A DNA stretch of 63,604 bases, filler included. It is 4 parts of 4 records of this genome, joined end to end, with 100 filler letters (N's around TTAATTAATTAA, not from the genome) between each part and the next. Parts side by side here need not be neighbours in the genome. Positions count along the whole stretch, not along the records: positions 28,762 to 48,708 come from SRR20825019_1384; 3 more parts are not named here. One strand, 5' to 3'. A model generated the notes under the pieces. It was not told where the DNA came from. It saw only the letters and a program-made list of their open reading frames with translations, and did not search any database. Each line of letters opens with the position of its first letter. The stretch's first letter is position 1. A program made the position numbers and the translations under genes. Shown one piece after another: positions 35,051-46,000 of the stretch.

Positions 35051-35566
35051 ATGAGTAAGCAATCATCATTCACCTACGAAGAATTATTGCAATGCGGACA
35101 CGGACAGATGTTTGGTCCCGGCAATGCCCAGTTACCCATTCCAAACATGCTAATGATGGACCGCATTACTCATATCTCCAACACCGGCGGAGCATATGGC
35201 AAAGGTGAAATCATCGCGGAGTTGGATATACACCCTGATCTGTGGTTTTTCGCCTGTCATTTTCCCGGTGATCCGGTCATGCCCGGCTGCCTCGGTCTGG
35301 ATGCCATGTGGCAACTGGTCGGGTTTTTCCTCGCCTGGGATGGTAATCCCGGCAGAGGTCGCGCTTTGGGTTCGGGAGAAGTCAAATTCACCGGCCAGGT
35401 CTTGCCGACAGCCAAAAAGGTGACCTACCGGATTGATCTCAAACGGGTGATCGCACGCAAGCTTGTCCTCGCCATCGCAGATGGTACAGTCTCGGTTGAT
35501 GGTCGCGAAATTTATGTGGCCAAAGACCTGCGTGTCGGTTTGTTTACCTCCACAGATGATTTTTAG
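35051..35566 (+). CDS. fabA: 3-hydroxydecanoyl-ACP dehydratase
   Basis: [20 protein letters not shown]; start ATG 35051. Confidence 0.96.
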   Translation: MSKQSSFTYEELLQCGHGQMFGPGNAQLPIPNMLMMDRITHISNTGGAYGKGEIIAELDIHPDLWFFACHFPGDPVMPGCLGLDAMWQLVGFFLAWDGNPGRGRALGSGEVKFTGQVLPTAKKVTYRIDLKRVIARKLVLAIADGTVSVDGREIYVAKDLRVGLFTSTDDF

Positions 35567-35572
35567 GATTTA

Positions 35573-36793
35573 ATGATGAGACGTGTTGTTGTCACAGGAC
35601 TGGGTATTACATCCTGTCTGGGGCTTGATGCCGCGACGGTCACTGAATCCCTGCGCCAAGGTCGCTCCGGTATTCGTTTCAAGCAGGATTATGCCGATAT
35701 GGGTTTTCGTAGCCATGTCGCCGGGACCATTGATATCGATTTCAAGGAATACATCGATCGTAAGACCCTGCGTTTTATGGGCGATGCTGCAGCTTACAGT
35801 TATATTGCGATGCAGCAGGCCATCGATGATGCCGGTCTGAAAGAAGATCAGATTTCCAATACCCGCACCGGTCTGATTATGGGCTCGGGTGGTGCTTCCT
35901 CATCCAACCAGGTGGAAGCGGCTGATATTCTGCGTGAAAAGGGCCTGAAACGTATCGGCCCTTATCGTGTGACCCAGGTGATGGGCAGTACCACATCAGC
36001 CTGTCTGGCGACCCCGTTTAAAATCAAAGGCGTTAACTACTCGATGTCCTCCGCCTGTGCAACTAGTGCACACTGCATCGGCACGGCAATGGAACAGATC
36101 CAGCTGGGTAAACAGGACATCGTGTTTGCTGGCGGCGGCGAGGAAGAACACTGGTCAATGAGCTCCCTGTTTGATGCCATGGGCGCGCTATCTACCAAAT
36201 ATAATGACACCCCTGAGAAAGCCTCACGCGCCTATGATGCCGATCGTGACGGATTCGTTATTGCCGGTGGTGGCGGTGTTGTCGTGCTGGAAGAGTACGA
36301 GCATGCCAAAGCCCGCGGTGCCAAAATCTATGCCGAACTGACCGGTTACGGCGCGACTTCAGATGGTTATGACATGGTTGCTCCCTCGGGTGAAGGTGCC
36401 GAGCGCTGTATGCAACTGGCGATGTCTACCGCCCGTGAGAGAGTGCAGTACATCAATGCTCATGGTACTTCGACACCGGTAGGCGATTTGGCAGAGCTGG
36501 GCGCGATTAAACGCACCTTTGGTGATGCAATTCCGCATGTCGGTTCGACCAAATCTTTGTCGGGTCACTCGCTTGGTGCTGCCGGTGTACAGGAAGCGAT
36601 TTACAGCCTGCTGATGCTAGACAATGATTTTCTGGCGGCCTCAGCCAATATCAATACGCTGGATCCGGAAGCGGAAGGCATGCCGATTCTGCGCGAACGG
36701 ATTGATAACGCCGGGCTGACCTCGGTGATGTCGAACAGTTTTGGTTTCGGCGGTACCAATGCCTGTCTGGTCTTCGAAAAGCTTGATGATTAA
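35573..36793 (+). CDS. fabB: Beta-ketoacyl-ACP synthase I
   Basis: [32 protein letters not shown]. Confidence 0.96.
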   Translation: MMRRVVVTGLGITSCLGLDAATVTESLRQGRSGIRFKQDYADMGFRSHVAGTIDIDFKEYIDRKTLRFMGDAAAYSYIAMQQAIDDAGLKEDQISNTRTGLIMGSGGASSSNQVEAADILREKGLKRIGPYRVTQVMGSTTSACLATPFKIKGVNYSMSSACATSAHCIGTAMEQIQLGKQDIVFAGGGEEEHWSMSSLFDAMGALSTKYNDTPEKASRAYDADRDGFVIAGGGGVVVLEEYEHAKARGAKIYAELTGYGATSDGYDMVAPSGEGAERCMQLAMSTARERVQYINAHGTSTPVGDLAELGAIKRTFGDAIPHVGSTKSLSGHSLGAAGVQEAIYSLLMLDNDFLAASANINTLDPEAEGMPILRERIDNAGLTSVMSNSFGFGGTNACLVFEKLDD

Positions 36794-36795
36794 TT

Positions 36796-36824
36796 AAAAA
36801 AGCCACCTCGCGGTGGCTTTTTTT
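36796..36824. terminator. Bidirectional intrinsic terminator
   Basis: AAAAAAGCCACC/GGTGGCTTTTTT. Confidence 0.85.
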
Positions 36825-36999
36825 ATGATTCCAGATCGGCGTCTGTTACCGGACCGCGCTTGCCGGCAACGGCTTCCTGAATCAGTGTGATGAGTTTTTG
36901 TTTCTTATCCGGGTCGTCCAGATATTTCGAGCTGAAAGTAATGCCGAATTTGTCTGCGTACTGTTTAACCAGCATGACCAGAATGGTTTCGTCTTCCAC
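36823..36999 (-). CDS. Small hypothetical protein (58 aa)
   Basis: GGGAG RBS, GTG start, MEDETILVMLVKQYADKFGITFSSKYLDDPDKKQKLITLIQEAVAGKRGPVTDADLES, stop at the shared terminator. Confidence 0.75.
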   Translation of the reverse strand: MEDETILVMLVKQYADKFGITFSSKYLDDPDKKQKLITLIQEAVAGKRGPVTDADLES

Positions 37000-37050
37000 G
37001 TTATACTCCCGTTAAATAATCCAACATTATATCGTTCAAAGCAGCAAGCC

Positions 37051-37815
37051 ATGAAATTGCAATACCAAGACACGGGTGAGGGGCATCCCTTACTGATTAT
37101 CCACGGCCTGTTCGGCTCATCTGATAACTGGCGCAGTATGGCCAGATATTTTTCCCGGTATTACCGGGTTATCAGTGTCGATCTGCGTAACCATGGCCGT
37201 TCCCCCCATAGTGAGGATCAGGACTTCAACAGTATGGCGGCAGATATTGAGCAGTTGTGCGGCGATTTGGGACTGCACAAGCTGCATCTTCTGGGACATT
37301 CGCTGGGCGGTAAAGTAGCGATGCAATTTGCGGCCGAACAGGCTGCCTGGATTGATAAACTGGTGGTGGTCGATATCGCACCTCGACGCTACTTCAGTGA
37401 GCACACGCCACTGATGGACGCCATGCTGGCACTGGATCTGAAAAGTCTGGATTCACGGGCGGCGGTCGATGAAGCCTTATCGGACAAAGTCAGAGATAAA
37501 AGTGTCCGTCAGTTTCTGCTGATGAACCTGCAGTCTGATGACAACGGGCTTTACTGGCGTATTAACCTGCCGGCATTGAAAGCTAATTATCAGCAACTCA
37601 TGGCCCCGGTGTGTGAGGGTATGACAGTCTCTGCTAACAGCCTGTTTGTCTACGGTGCCTTGTCAGAATATGTCACAGCAGAAGACCGAAGCTTGATTAA
37701 ACATCATTTCCCGCAGGCGCAATTTCAGGCTATCGACAAGGCTGGCCACTGGGTGCATGCCGAACGACCCCAGCAGTTCAAACAAGTCGTCGAGGACTTC
37801 TTACGCCATGATTGA
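37051..37815 (+). CDS. ybfF: Alpha/beta hydrolase esterase (YbfF-like)
   Basis: HGLFGS, DLRNHG, GHSLGGK, AGHWVHAE; start ATG 37051. Confidence 0.88.
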   Translation: MKLQYQDTGEGHPLLIIHGLFGSSDNWRSMARYFSRYYRVISVDLRNHGRSPHSEDQDFNSMAADIEQLCGDLGLHKLHLLGHSLGGKVAMQFAAEQAAWIDKLVVVDIAPRRYFSEHTPLMDAMLALDLKSLDSRAAVDEALSDKVRDKSVRQFLLMNLQSDDNGLYWRINLPALKANYQQLMAPVCEGMTVSANSLFVYGALSEYVTAEDRSLIKHHFPQAQFQAIDKAGHWVHAERPQQFKQVVEDFLRHD

Positions 37816-38158
37816 GAAAATTTTACTGGAAGAACTGATTCAGTTTCGTAAGGAGCGTGATTGGGAGCAGTTTCATAATCCCAAGGATATTGCCATTTCC
37901 CTGTCTATTGAAGCGGCAGAACTGCTGGAGTGGTTCCAATGGCGTAATAAGGAAGAGGTCAGCGCCATGCTGGCCTCAGATAAACGTGAACAGTTGGAAG
38001 ATGAAATTGCGGATGTCGCCGTCTATCTGAGTTATCTCTGCCATGATCTGGGCATTGATCTGAATCAGGTGGTCAAAAATAAAATGGTCAAGAATGCGGC
38101 CAAATATCCCAAAGACAGAGTCAAAGGCCGTGCTGATAAGTACAACGAGTATGAATAA
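37808..38158 (+). CDS. MazG-like nucleotide pyrophosphohydrolase
   Basis: RDWEQFHNPKD, EAAELLE.FQW, DEIAD. Confidence 0.9.
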   Translation: MIEKILLEELIQFRKERDWEQFHNPKDIAISLSIEAAELLEWFQWRNKEEVSAMLASDKREQLEDEIADVAVYLSYLCHDLGIDLNQVVKNKMVKNAAKYPKDRVKGRADKYNEYE

Positions 38159-38215
38159 TCAGTTAGGATTTGGCATTTAGCAAAGCGGCCTTGCCGCCTT
38201 TATGGAAAGACTGAA

Positions 38216-39073
38216 ATGAGCGCGATTGTTTTCCTGGTTCAATGCCCCGACCGCAAAGGACTGGTGGCCGGAATCACCGGCTTTTTTGCCGAACGTGAGT
38301 TTAATATTCTGCACTGTCAGCAGTACACCGATGTCGAAAACGGCCAGTACTTTATGCGAATCAGGCTGGAAGACGAGGGGCAGATGGCGACTGAGCAACT
38401 CGAGAACGAGTTTGAACAGTTTGCCCGGCCGATGAACCTGACCTGGTCGGTTCGCTACAGTAGTAAACCCCACCGTGTAGCATTGATGGTCACCCGAGCC
38501 TCACATTGTGGCTATGATTTATTATTACGGGAGCTGGAAGGCGAACTCAAATGCGAGATCCCGCTCATTATCGGTAACCATGCTGATCTGGAATATATGG
38601 CGCGTCAGTTCGACAAGCCCTTTTATCATCTGCCAATTACTAAAGACAGCAAAGCGCAGCAGGAGGCAGCGATCAAGGCACTGCTGACGCAATACCAGAT
38701 CGATCTGGTGGTGATGGCGCGTTATATGCAGATTTTGTCTGAGCAGTTTGTCAAAGAATTCGCCGGCCGGGTCATTAATATTCATCACGGCTTTCTGCCT
38801 GCCTTCCAGGGGGCCAAGCCCTATCACCAGGCTTATGATCGTGGTGTCAAACTGATTGGTGCCACCGCACACTACGCGACGGCAGAGCTGGATGAAGGCC
38901 CGATTATTGAGCAGGATGTAGAACGCGTCATGCATGACAACAGCCCGGAAGATCTGGTCATGATCGGTAAGGATATTGAAAGGCTGGTATTGGCCAGAGC
39001 GGTAAAAGCCCATATCGAGCACCGCATTATTATCAGCGGGCGCAGAACTATCGTCTTTTCCGAGGGCGCCTGA
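38216..39073 (+). CDS. purU: Formyltetrahydrofolate deformylase
   Basis: CPDRKG ACT domain, ARYMQILS, INIHH.FLPAF.GAKPY, DEGPIIEQ. Confidence 0.95.
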   Translation: MSAIVFLVQCPDRKGLVAGITGFFAEREFNILHCQQYTDVENGQYFMRIRLEDEGQMATEQLENEFEQFARPMNLTWSVRYSSKPHRVALMVTRASHCGYDLLLRELEGELKCEIPLIIGNHADLEYMARQFDKPFYHLPITKDSKAQQEAAIKALLTQYQIDLVVMARYMQILSEQFVKEFAGRVINIHHGFLPAFQGAKPYHQAYDRGVKLIGATAHYATAELDEGPIIEQDVERVMHDNSPEDLVMIGKDIERLVLARAVKAHIEHRIIISGRRTIVFSEGA

Positions 39074-39204
39074 TTAAAATCTGAAGAGGCCCTGTTTTTT
39101 CAAGTTATCCGCACAGGTCACTGATTTTCACAAATAGATATATCGATGAATAATCTGTGCCCATCAGCGTGATCAGCGGATTGATTCTGCACAAGGGAAT
39201 AACA

Positions 39205-39966
39205 ATGAACTCATCTCCAGTCATCATGATCACCGGCGCCACTTCTGGTTTCGGTGAAGCCAGTGCGCGGTTGTTTGCCGACAAGGGCTGGCGTTTGATT
39301 ATCACCGGCCGCAGGCAGCAACGGCTGGATGAATTACAGCAGGCGCTGGGCGGAGCAGAAAAAGTCCATACCTGCTGTTTCGATGTCAGTGACAGACAAG
39401 CGGTTGAACAGGCTTTTTCCAGCCTACCAGAGCCATTCAGTCAGATCGATGTATTGCTCAATAACGCCGGGCTGGCACTGGGGCTTGAGTCTGCCCATCA
39501 AACCCGGCTTGATGACTGGGAGAGCATGGTGGATACCAATATCAAAGGGTTGCTGTATTGCACCCGGACGGTATTACCCAACATGGTCGAGCGCAAGGCG
39601 GGTTACATTATCAATATCGGTTCGGTGGCCGGGAACTGGCCTTATCCCGGCGGCAATGTCTACTGCGGCACCAAGGCTTTTGTCCGTCAGTTTTCTCTGG
39701 CTATCAGAGCTGACCTGCTGGGCAGCAATGTCAGGGTGACGAATATCGAGCCGGGCAATGCTGAAACGGAGTTTTCCATGGTGCGCTTCAAGGATGATAA
39801 AAGTCGTGCTGACAAGGTTTATCAGGGGACCATTGCCCTGCGTGCTCAGGACGTCGCCAATACCGTGTGGTGGCTGGTGAATACACCGGAACATGTCAAT
39901 GTGACCACGCTGGAACTGATGCCCACCCAGGAAGCAAATGGGCCGATGGCTTTCCATCGAGAATAA
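39205..39966 (+). CDS. ydfG: NADP-dependent SDR oxidoreductase (YdfG-like)
   Basis: TGATSGFG, NNAGLALG, YCGTK. Confidence 0.85.
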   Translation: MNSSPVIMITGATSGFGEASARLFADKGWRLIITGRRQQRLDELQQALGGAEKVHTCCFDVSDRQAVEQAFSSLPEPFSQIDVLLNNAGLALGLESAHQTRLDDWESMVDTNIKGLLYCTRTVLPNMVERKAGYIINIGSVAGNWPYPGGNVYCGTKAFVRQFSLAIRADLLGSNVRVTNIEPGNAETEFSMVRFKDDKSRADKVYQGTIALRAQDVANTVWWLVNTPEHVNVTTLELMPTQEANGPMAFHRE

Positions 39967-40023
39967 AAAAGCCGCGCTTGTGCCTAGGCGTTAAATTAAC
40001 GTGTGGCTAAACCCAAGACTTGT

Positions 40024-40051
40024 ACGCGCCAGCATTGGTGGCGCGTTTTTT
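40024..40051 (+). terminator. Intrinsic terminator
   Basis: ACGCGCCA/TGGCGCGT plus T-run. Confidence 0.65.
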
Positions 40052-40058
40052 ATATCAA

Positions 40059-40100
40059 ATAACCGGGAGGTACGTAGGTTTGAATCCTCGCTGCCCCACC
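40059..40100 (+). pseudogene. Degenerate 3' half of a tRNA
   Basis: ATAACCGGGAGGT..AGGTTTGAATCCT..CCCCACC resembles the 3' side of an anticodon arm, a T-arm and an acceptor strand. Confidence 0.45.
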
Positions 40101-40110
40101 TTTATTTTGA

Positions 40111-40186
40111 CACGTGATGGAGCGGTTTGTGGCTCGCTTGACTCATAATCAAGAGATCATAGGTTAAAGTCCTTCTCCTGCTACCA
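40111..40186 (+). pseudogene. Decayed tRNA-fMet-like gene (anticodon CAT)
   Basis: 76 nt; TGGAGC..GCTCG D-arm, CTTGA-CTCATAA-TCAAG anticodon arm, ends ACCA; acceptor and T stems are mismatched. Confidence 0.7.
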
Positions 40187-40364
40187 TTTTATTACCCATA
40201 TAGCCTGATCCTATTTTATTTATTTATTATCACAGCAAGGCAAATAAAAGGATTAAGTGGAGATTTATTACCCATTTTATTACCCATAAAAGTTCTCCTA
40301 CCTGCGCGGGAGCGGATCCATAGGCAGAAGGGGGAAATATCATGCTGGCCATACTACTTGTAAA

Positions 40365-40403
40365 CAAAAAGGCATCTTCAAATAATTGAAGATGCCTTTT
40401 TTT
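40365..40403. terminator. Bidirectional terminator hairpin
   Basis: AAAAAGGCATCTTCAA/TTGAAGATGCCTTTTT. Confidence 0.75.
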
Positions 40404-40491
40404 AATAGCTCTCAATAGACTGTACATTAAGCGTTTTATAGCAACACTTTAGTTTAACGCTTAGCGCTTGTGCGCGGCTTTTAAATCAAAC

Positions 40492-40836
40492 TTAAGAAAA
40501 CAGCCAGGTTGTCGGGTTAGGATAAGGCTGATTCTGGTCCAGATACTTCATGCCTTTGACGCAGCGGACAATAACCCATATTACCCAGAACAGCAGGATG
40601 AAATAACCGACCACGGCCATGGCGAGAAGTACGCCAATAAACAGATACAGCAGGCCGATCCAGAAGGTCCGGATCTGAAACTGATAATGGCTCTGCAGCC
40701 AGGCTGGCGCATCGTTCTTGTTTACGTAAGCGATGATGACGCCGATGATGCCCAGAAACTGAATAAAGATATTGACCAGAAACAACAGGTAAATCACTTT
40801 GGCTGTGTTCTGACTGTTTTGTTCACTGTCTGCCAT
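40492..40836 (-). CDS. DUF4870-like small membrane protein
   Basis: IIGVIIAYV, WLQSHYQFQIRTFW, RCVKG. Confidence 0.8.
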   Translation of the reverse strand: MADSEQNSQNTAKVIYLLFLVNIFIQFLGIIGVIIAYVNKNDAPAWLQSHYQFQIRTFWIGLLYLFIGVLLAMAVVGYFILLFWVIWVIVRCVKGMKYLDQNQPYPNPTTWLFS

Positions 40837-40948
40837 CTCACCCTTCCTTGTAATTAATCACAGCGTTAATCTAGCAAATTTTTAGCAGTTATGCCGGTTT
40901 GAAATTGACCGTAGCTATCTGTTGATAGCTACGGTTAGTCTCACTGTG

Positions 40949-43087
40949 TCAGCCTCCGAAATCAAAGCGGATACCGGTCATCACGGTGCGACCGATAATG
41001 GGGGCTTCATCCTTGAGGAAGCTTTGATGACGACGACCATCCTCATTCAACAGATTACGGCCCTGAACAAAGATTTCGGCCCCTTTCAGACTGTCTGGGG
41101 CCCAGCTGGCATTCAGTGATAGCAGATCGTAGCCATCGGTATCAGATTCCAGCTCAGCACTGTCACTCTGTCTGAACACATGCCGGTAATCCACACTGAG
41201 TGACCAGTCCTGATAGGCTGTGTCGACTCCGAAGCCCAATCTTCCCGGGCTGATACGTGGCAGATTATCACTATTATCCAGTTTGGCGCGGACATAATCA
41301 CCTGACAGACGCAGTGTCACAGGCACATCGCCCTCAATAACATCCCAGGCAGCAGTGAATTCAGCACCATAGAAGCGGGCATCATCCTGCTGATTGAAAA
41401 CCAGGGTATCGCCCTCAATCAGAATTGGATTGCCGGTGCCATCATCGCGTGAGGCCAGATAGATAAAGTCCTGAACATGATTATAGAACAGGGTGGTATC
41501 GAAACGGAAAGGGCCAGAATGACGGTCCAGACCGATTTCGAAGTTGGTATAGATCTCTTCATCCAGACCTGCATCACCGACTTCGACGGTGCCGGAAGCA
41601 GCATGTGCACCAAAGGCATACAGCTGTTCAGCAGATGGTGCCCGTTCAGAACGGGTGACGGCCAGACGCAGATGATGATTTTCATCCAGATCAATAATTG
41701 AGCCGGCTGAGAGACTGAGCGGGGTGAAGCTGCGGCTACCCAGATTGGCTTCCTGATGCAGTTCTTCCCCGCTTGGCAGATCGATATGACGTTCTTCCTC
41801 GAGCGTGACCGGATCAGAACGAACATGATCCACCCGCGCGGAAAATTCCAGCCGACCGAAATCAGTCAGTCTCTCTTCCAAAGCAAATACACCCATGGAC
41901 CGGGTATCATTATCACGGATATAGAAGCCATCGCCACCATGTCCGCCGTGACCATGACCGGCACCCTCGGCACCGAACTCACGGTTATTCAACTGTAGAC
42001 CGATAACACCCTGCCAAAGCCCGATAGGGTTATGAACCAGTTCCAGACGGGCTTCTGTCTCGTCATTGGTGAATTCGGTTTCCACACCGCGTTCTTCCAG
42101 TTCACCATTAAAGAATTCACCACCGATTTCCTGCTGGTTGAACTCGGTATGAGCGAGTTTCAGCCGAGCAGTGCTGAAGCCCGGCAGCGGATTATTAAAT
42201 TCGCTACGGAAATCGACACGATCGTAATCGGCACGAATACGCTCCTGTTCCTCTTCACCTTCACCCAGAAAGACTTCAGGAATACCGTAATCCGTGCGCC
42301 AGCGGCTATAACCCAGACCAGCATGGCCCCAGTCACCCTTGTACAAGCCGGTTACCGAGAAGCTATCACTGACGGCGTCACTGTTTTGCAGGGTATCTTT
42401 GTCACCACGGGTCTGACCGATTTGCTGGTAACCATCGATATTAAAATCGTGGCTGCGACGTAGACCGTAATCAGTGCGTAATACAAAGTTATCAGTAACC
42501 GGCAGTTCGAGACCGATATTGCCCTGGCGCTCATCGCCGTTATAACCATAGCCCAGCTGTCCATTGACGCGGGGAGCATCGCCAAATTCGGGATCAAAAC
42601 GGCCACTTTTGACATTGATAACACCGCCGACGGCACCGCTGCCAAAAAGCAGGGTGGCAGGGCCGCGGAATACTTCGATTTGCTCGGCGCGACTCGGATC
42701 AATGGCAACGGTGTGATCACCGCCTTCACCTGAGACATCGACCGTTTTCAGACCGTCTTCCAAGACCTGAACACGTGATCCCTGCAGGCCGCGGACTACC
42801 GGGCGACCAACGCCCGGACCGAAATCAGAGTTGGACACCCCCGGCACGCTATTTAGGGTTTCACCCAGCGTGGCAGCACGTTGTTTATCCAGCGCTTCGT
42901 CTGCCAGTACAGTAACTGGAAAGATAAGCTCATCAGCGGTACGGGCACCCAGCGGATCGGCGGTGACCGTCAGGCTGGGAATTTCAATAACTTCAGCAGT
43001 ATTATTCTCGGCAGCTGCAACGCCGGAAACAGGCAGGGCTGACAGAATGCTACCAACCAGCAGTACGGATTGTTTTTTCTGGAACAT
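40949..43087 (-). CDS. TonB-dependent receptor, ZnuD-like (probable Zn/metal uptake)
   Basis: Signal peptide, plug motifs (TLGETL..PGV, RPVVRG, RGPATLLFGSGAVGG), His-rich loop GHGHGGHGG, LYAFGAH.A, C-terminal aromatic residue. Confidence 0.88.
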   Translation of the reverse strand: MFQKKQSVLLVGSILSALPVSGVAAAENNTAEVIEIPSLTVTADPLGARTADELIFPVTVLADEALDKQRAATLGETLNSVPGVSNSDFGPGVGRPVVRGLQGSRVQVLEDGLKTVDVSGEGGDHTVAIDPSRAEQIEVFRGPATLLFGSGAVGGVINVKSGRFDPEFGDAPRVNGQLGYGYNGDERQGNIGLELPVTDNFVLRTDYGLRRSHDFNIDGYQQIGQTRGDKDTLQNSDAVSDSFSVTGLYKGDWGHAGLGYSRWRTDYGIPEVFLGEGEEEQERIRADYDRVDFRSEFNNPLPGFSTARLKLAHTEFNQQEIGGEFFNGELEERGVETEFTNDETEARLELVHNPIGLWQGVIGLQLNNREFGAEGAGHGHGGHGGDGFYIRDNDTRSMGVFALEERLTDFGRLEFSARVDHVRSDPVTLEEERHIDLPSGEELHQEANLGSRSFTPLSLSAGSIIDLDENHHLRLAVTRSERAPSAEQLYAFGAHAASGTVEVGDAGLDEEIYTNFEIGLDRHSGPFRFDTTLFYNHVQDFIYLASRDDGTGNPILIEGDTLVFNQQDDARFYGAEFTAAWDVIEGDVPVTLRLSGDYVRAKLDNSDNLPRISPGRLGFGVDTAYQDWSLSVDYRHVFRQSDSAELESDTDGYDLLSLNASWAPDSLKGAEIFVQGRNLLNEDGRRHQSFLKDEAPIIGRTVMTGIRFDFGG

Positions 43088-43252
43088 GATTTTTCCTCGT
43101 AACACGTTCCCGACTGGTCGATTTGTTCATGAGATAACGGGCAGCCATCCCATTTGGGAGCAGCGCCACATCTCATCACGGAGAGATCACAGTCGGGACG
43201 ATCGCCATAGTGGATGACAGGCGATCAGAATCTTAAAAACGGATTGTGTATT

Positions 43253-43543
43253 TCAGGAAAAAACAGGTGGGGCGCGGATAGCGTGTTGGTGGCGAGTCGT
43301 CGCCGGCAGTTGAAACGCATAAAGGGGCGATTCAGAAACGAGGCTTTCGGTCTGCAGGCTGACCGCCATGGCAGGCGTGATGTCAGCAACAGGCAGATGA
43401 TTAATTGCATTTAGGCGTTCACACTGCGCTTCAGCAGTATGGAAGGGATGTTCAGCATCATGCCAGACAGCAAACGACTGCAACAGCAGCACGATAGCTG
43501 CCAGCGCAAGAATAAAATGTCGATTGAGTTGTCTGTTGAACAC
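43253..43543 (-). CDS. DUF2946-like uORF / RAPP-motif putative ribosome-arrest peptide
   Basis: N-terminal hydrophobic segment, WHDAEHPFH....QC, C-terminal IRAPPVFS; directly upstream of the TBDR. Confidence 0.78.
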   Translation of the reverse strand: MFNRQLNRHFILALAAIVLLLQSFAVWHDAEHPFHTAEAQCERLNAINHLPVADITPAMAVSLQTESLVSESPLYAFQLPATTRHQHAIRAPPVFS

Positions 43544-43551
43544 GATGCTGT

Positions 43552-45029
<1,478 letters not shown>

Positions 45030-45083
45030 ACCTTGTTGCTTGCTCCTGTCTGGCCACAGTCTTGTATGGAGACGAGAAAATAT

Positions 45084-45156
45084 TTATCCGCAGATTGCAC
45101 AGATTTTTGCAGATTGTGTTTTCAATGATCTGCGTCTATCGGCGTAATCTGCGGAT
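45084..45156. repeat. REP-like CGCAGATT palindromic element (copy 2)
   Basis: TTATCCGCAGATTGCACAGATTTTTGCAGATT ... GATCTGCGTCTATCGGCGTAATCTGCGGAT. Confidence 0.75.
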
Positions 45157-45162
45157 GTTTCA

Positions 45163-45984
45163 TTAAATGTCGCGAAGCAGTTCGTTGATACCCACTTTAC
45201 CGCGGGTTTTCTCGTCAACCTGCTTGACGATAACGGCGCAGTAGAGGCTGTAGCTGCCGTCTTTGGATGGCAGGTTACCGGATACCACAACAGAACCGGC
45301 GGGGATGCGACCATAGGTGATTTCACCGGTCATACGGTTGAAAATCTTGGTGCTTTGGCCGATGTAAACGCCCATGGAAATCACTGAGCCTTCTTCCACT
45401 ACGACGCCTTCCACAACTTCAGAACGGGCACCGATAAAGCAGTTATCTTCGATAATAGTCGGGCCGGCCTGCAGCGGTTCCAGCACGCCACCGATACCGA
45501 CGCCACCGGACAGGTGCACGTTTTTGCCGATTTGGGCACAGCTGCCGACGGTAGCCCAGGTATCAACCATGGTGCCGGAATCAACATAGGCGCCAATGTT
45601 AACGTAAGAGGGCATCAATACCACGCCCGGCGCGATGTAGGAACCACGACGCACAGCGGCAGGCGGAACAACTCGTACACCAGCCTTATTGAAATCGGCT
45701 TCGGAGAAGTTGGCGAATTTGGGTTCGACTTTATCGAAGTACTGGGTTTCGCCACCAGCCATTGGATGGTTGTCGTTCAGGCGGAAAGACAACAGAACGG
45801 CTTTTTTCAGCCATTGATTAACGACCCAGTCACCGTTTTGTTTTTCGGCTACCCGGGCACTGCCGTTATCCAGCATGGCCAGCGCTTCATTGACCGCATT
45901 GCGGACATCGCTGTCAGCATTGGACGGGTTGATTTCAGCACGGCGCTCAAACGCTTCTTCGATAATATTCTGAATATCGCTCAT
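45163..45984 (-). CDS. dapD: Tetrahydrodipicolinate N-succinyltransferase
   Basis: [32 protein letters not shown]. Confidence 0.97.
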   Translation of the reverse strand: MSDIQNIIEEAFERRAEINPSNADSDVRNAVNEALAMLDNGSARVAEKQNGDWVVNQWLKKAVLLSFRLNDNHPMAGGETQYFDKVEPKFANFSEADFNKAGVRVVPPAAVRRGSYIAPGVVLMPSYVNIGAYVDSGTMVDTWATVGSCAQIGKNVHLSGGVGIGGVLEPLQAGPTIIEDNCFIGARSEVVEGVVVEEGSVISMGVYIGQSTKIFNRMTGEITYGRIPAGSVVVSGNLPSKDGSYSLYCAVIVKQVDEKTRGKVGINELLRDI

Positions 45985-46000
45985 GAAGTTCTCCATTGAT

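Noticed and set aside
43095-43250. Cobalamin or TPP riboswitch before the TBDR
   Set aside because: The conserved B12-box and TPP core sequences could not be found.
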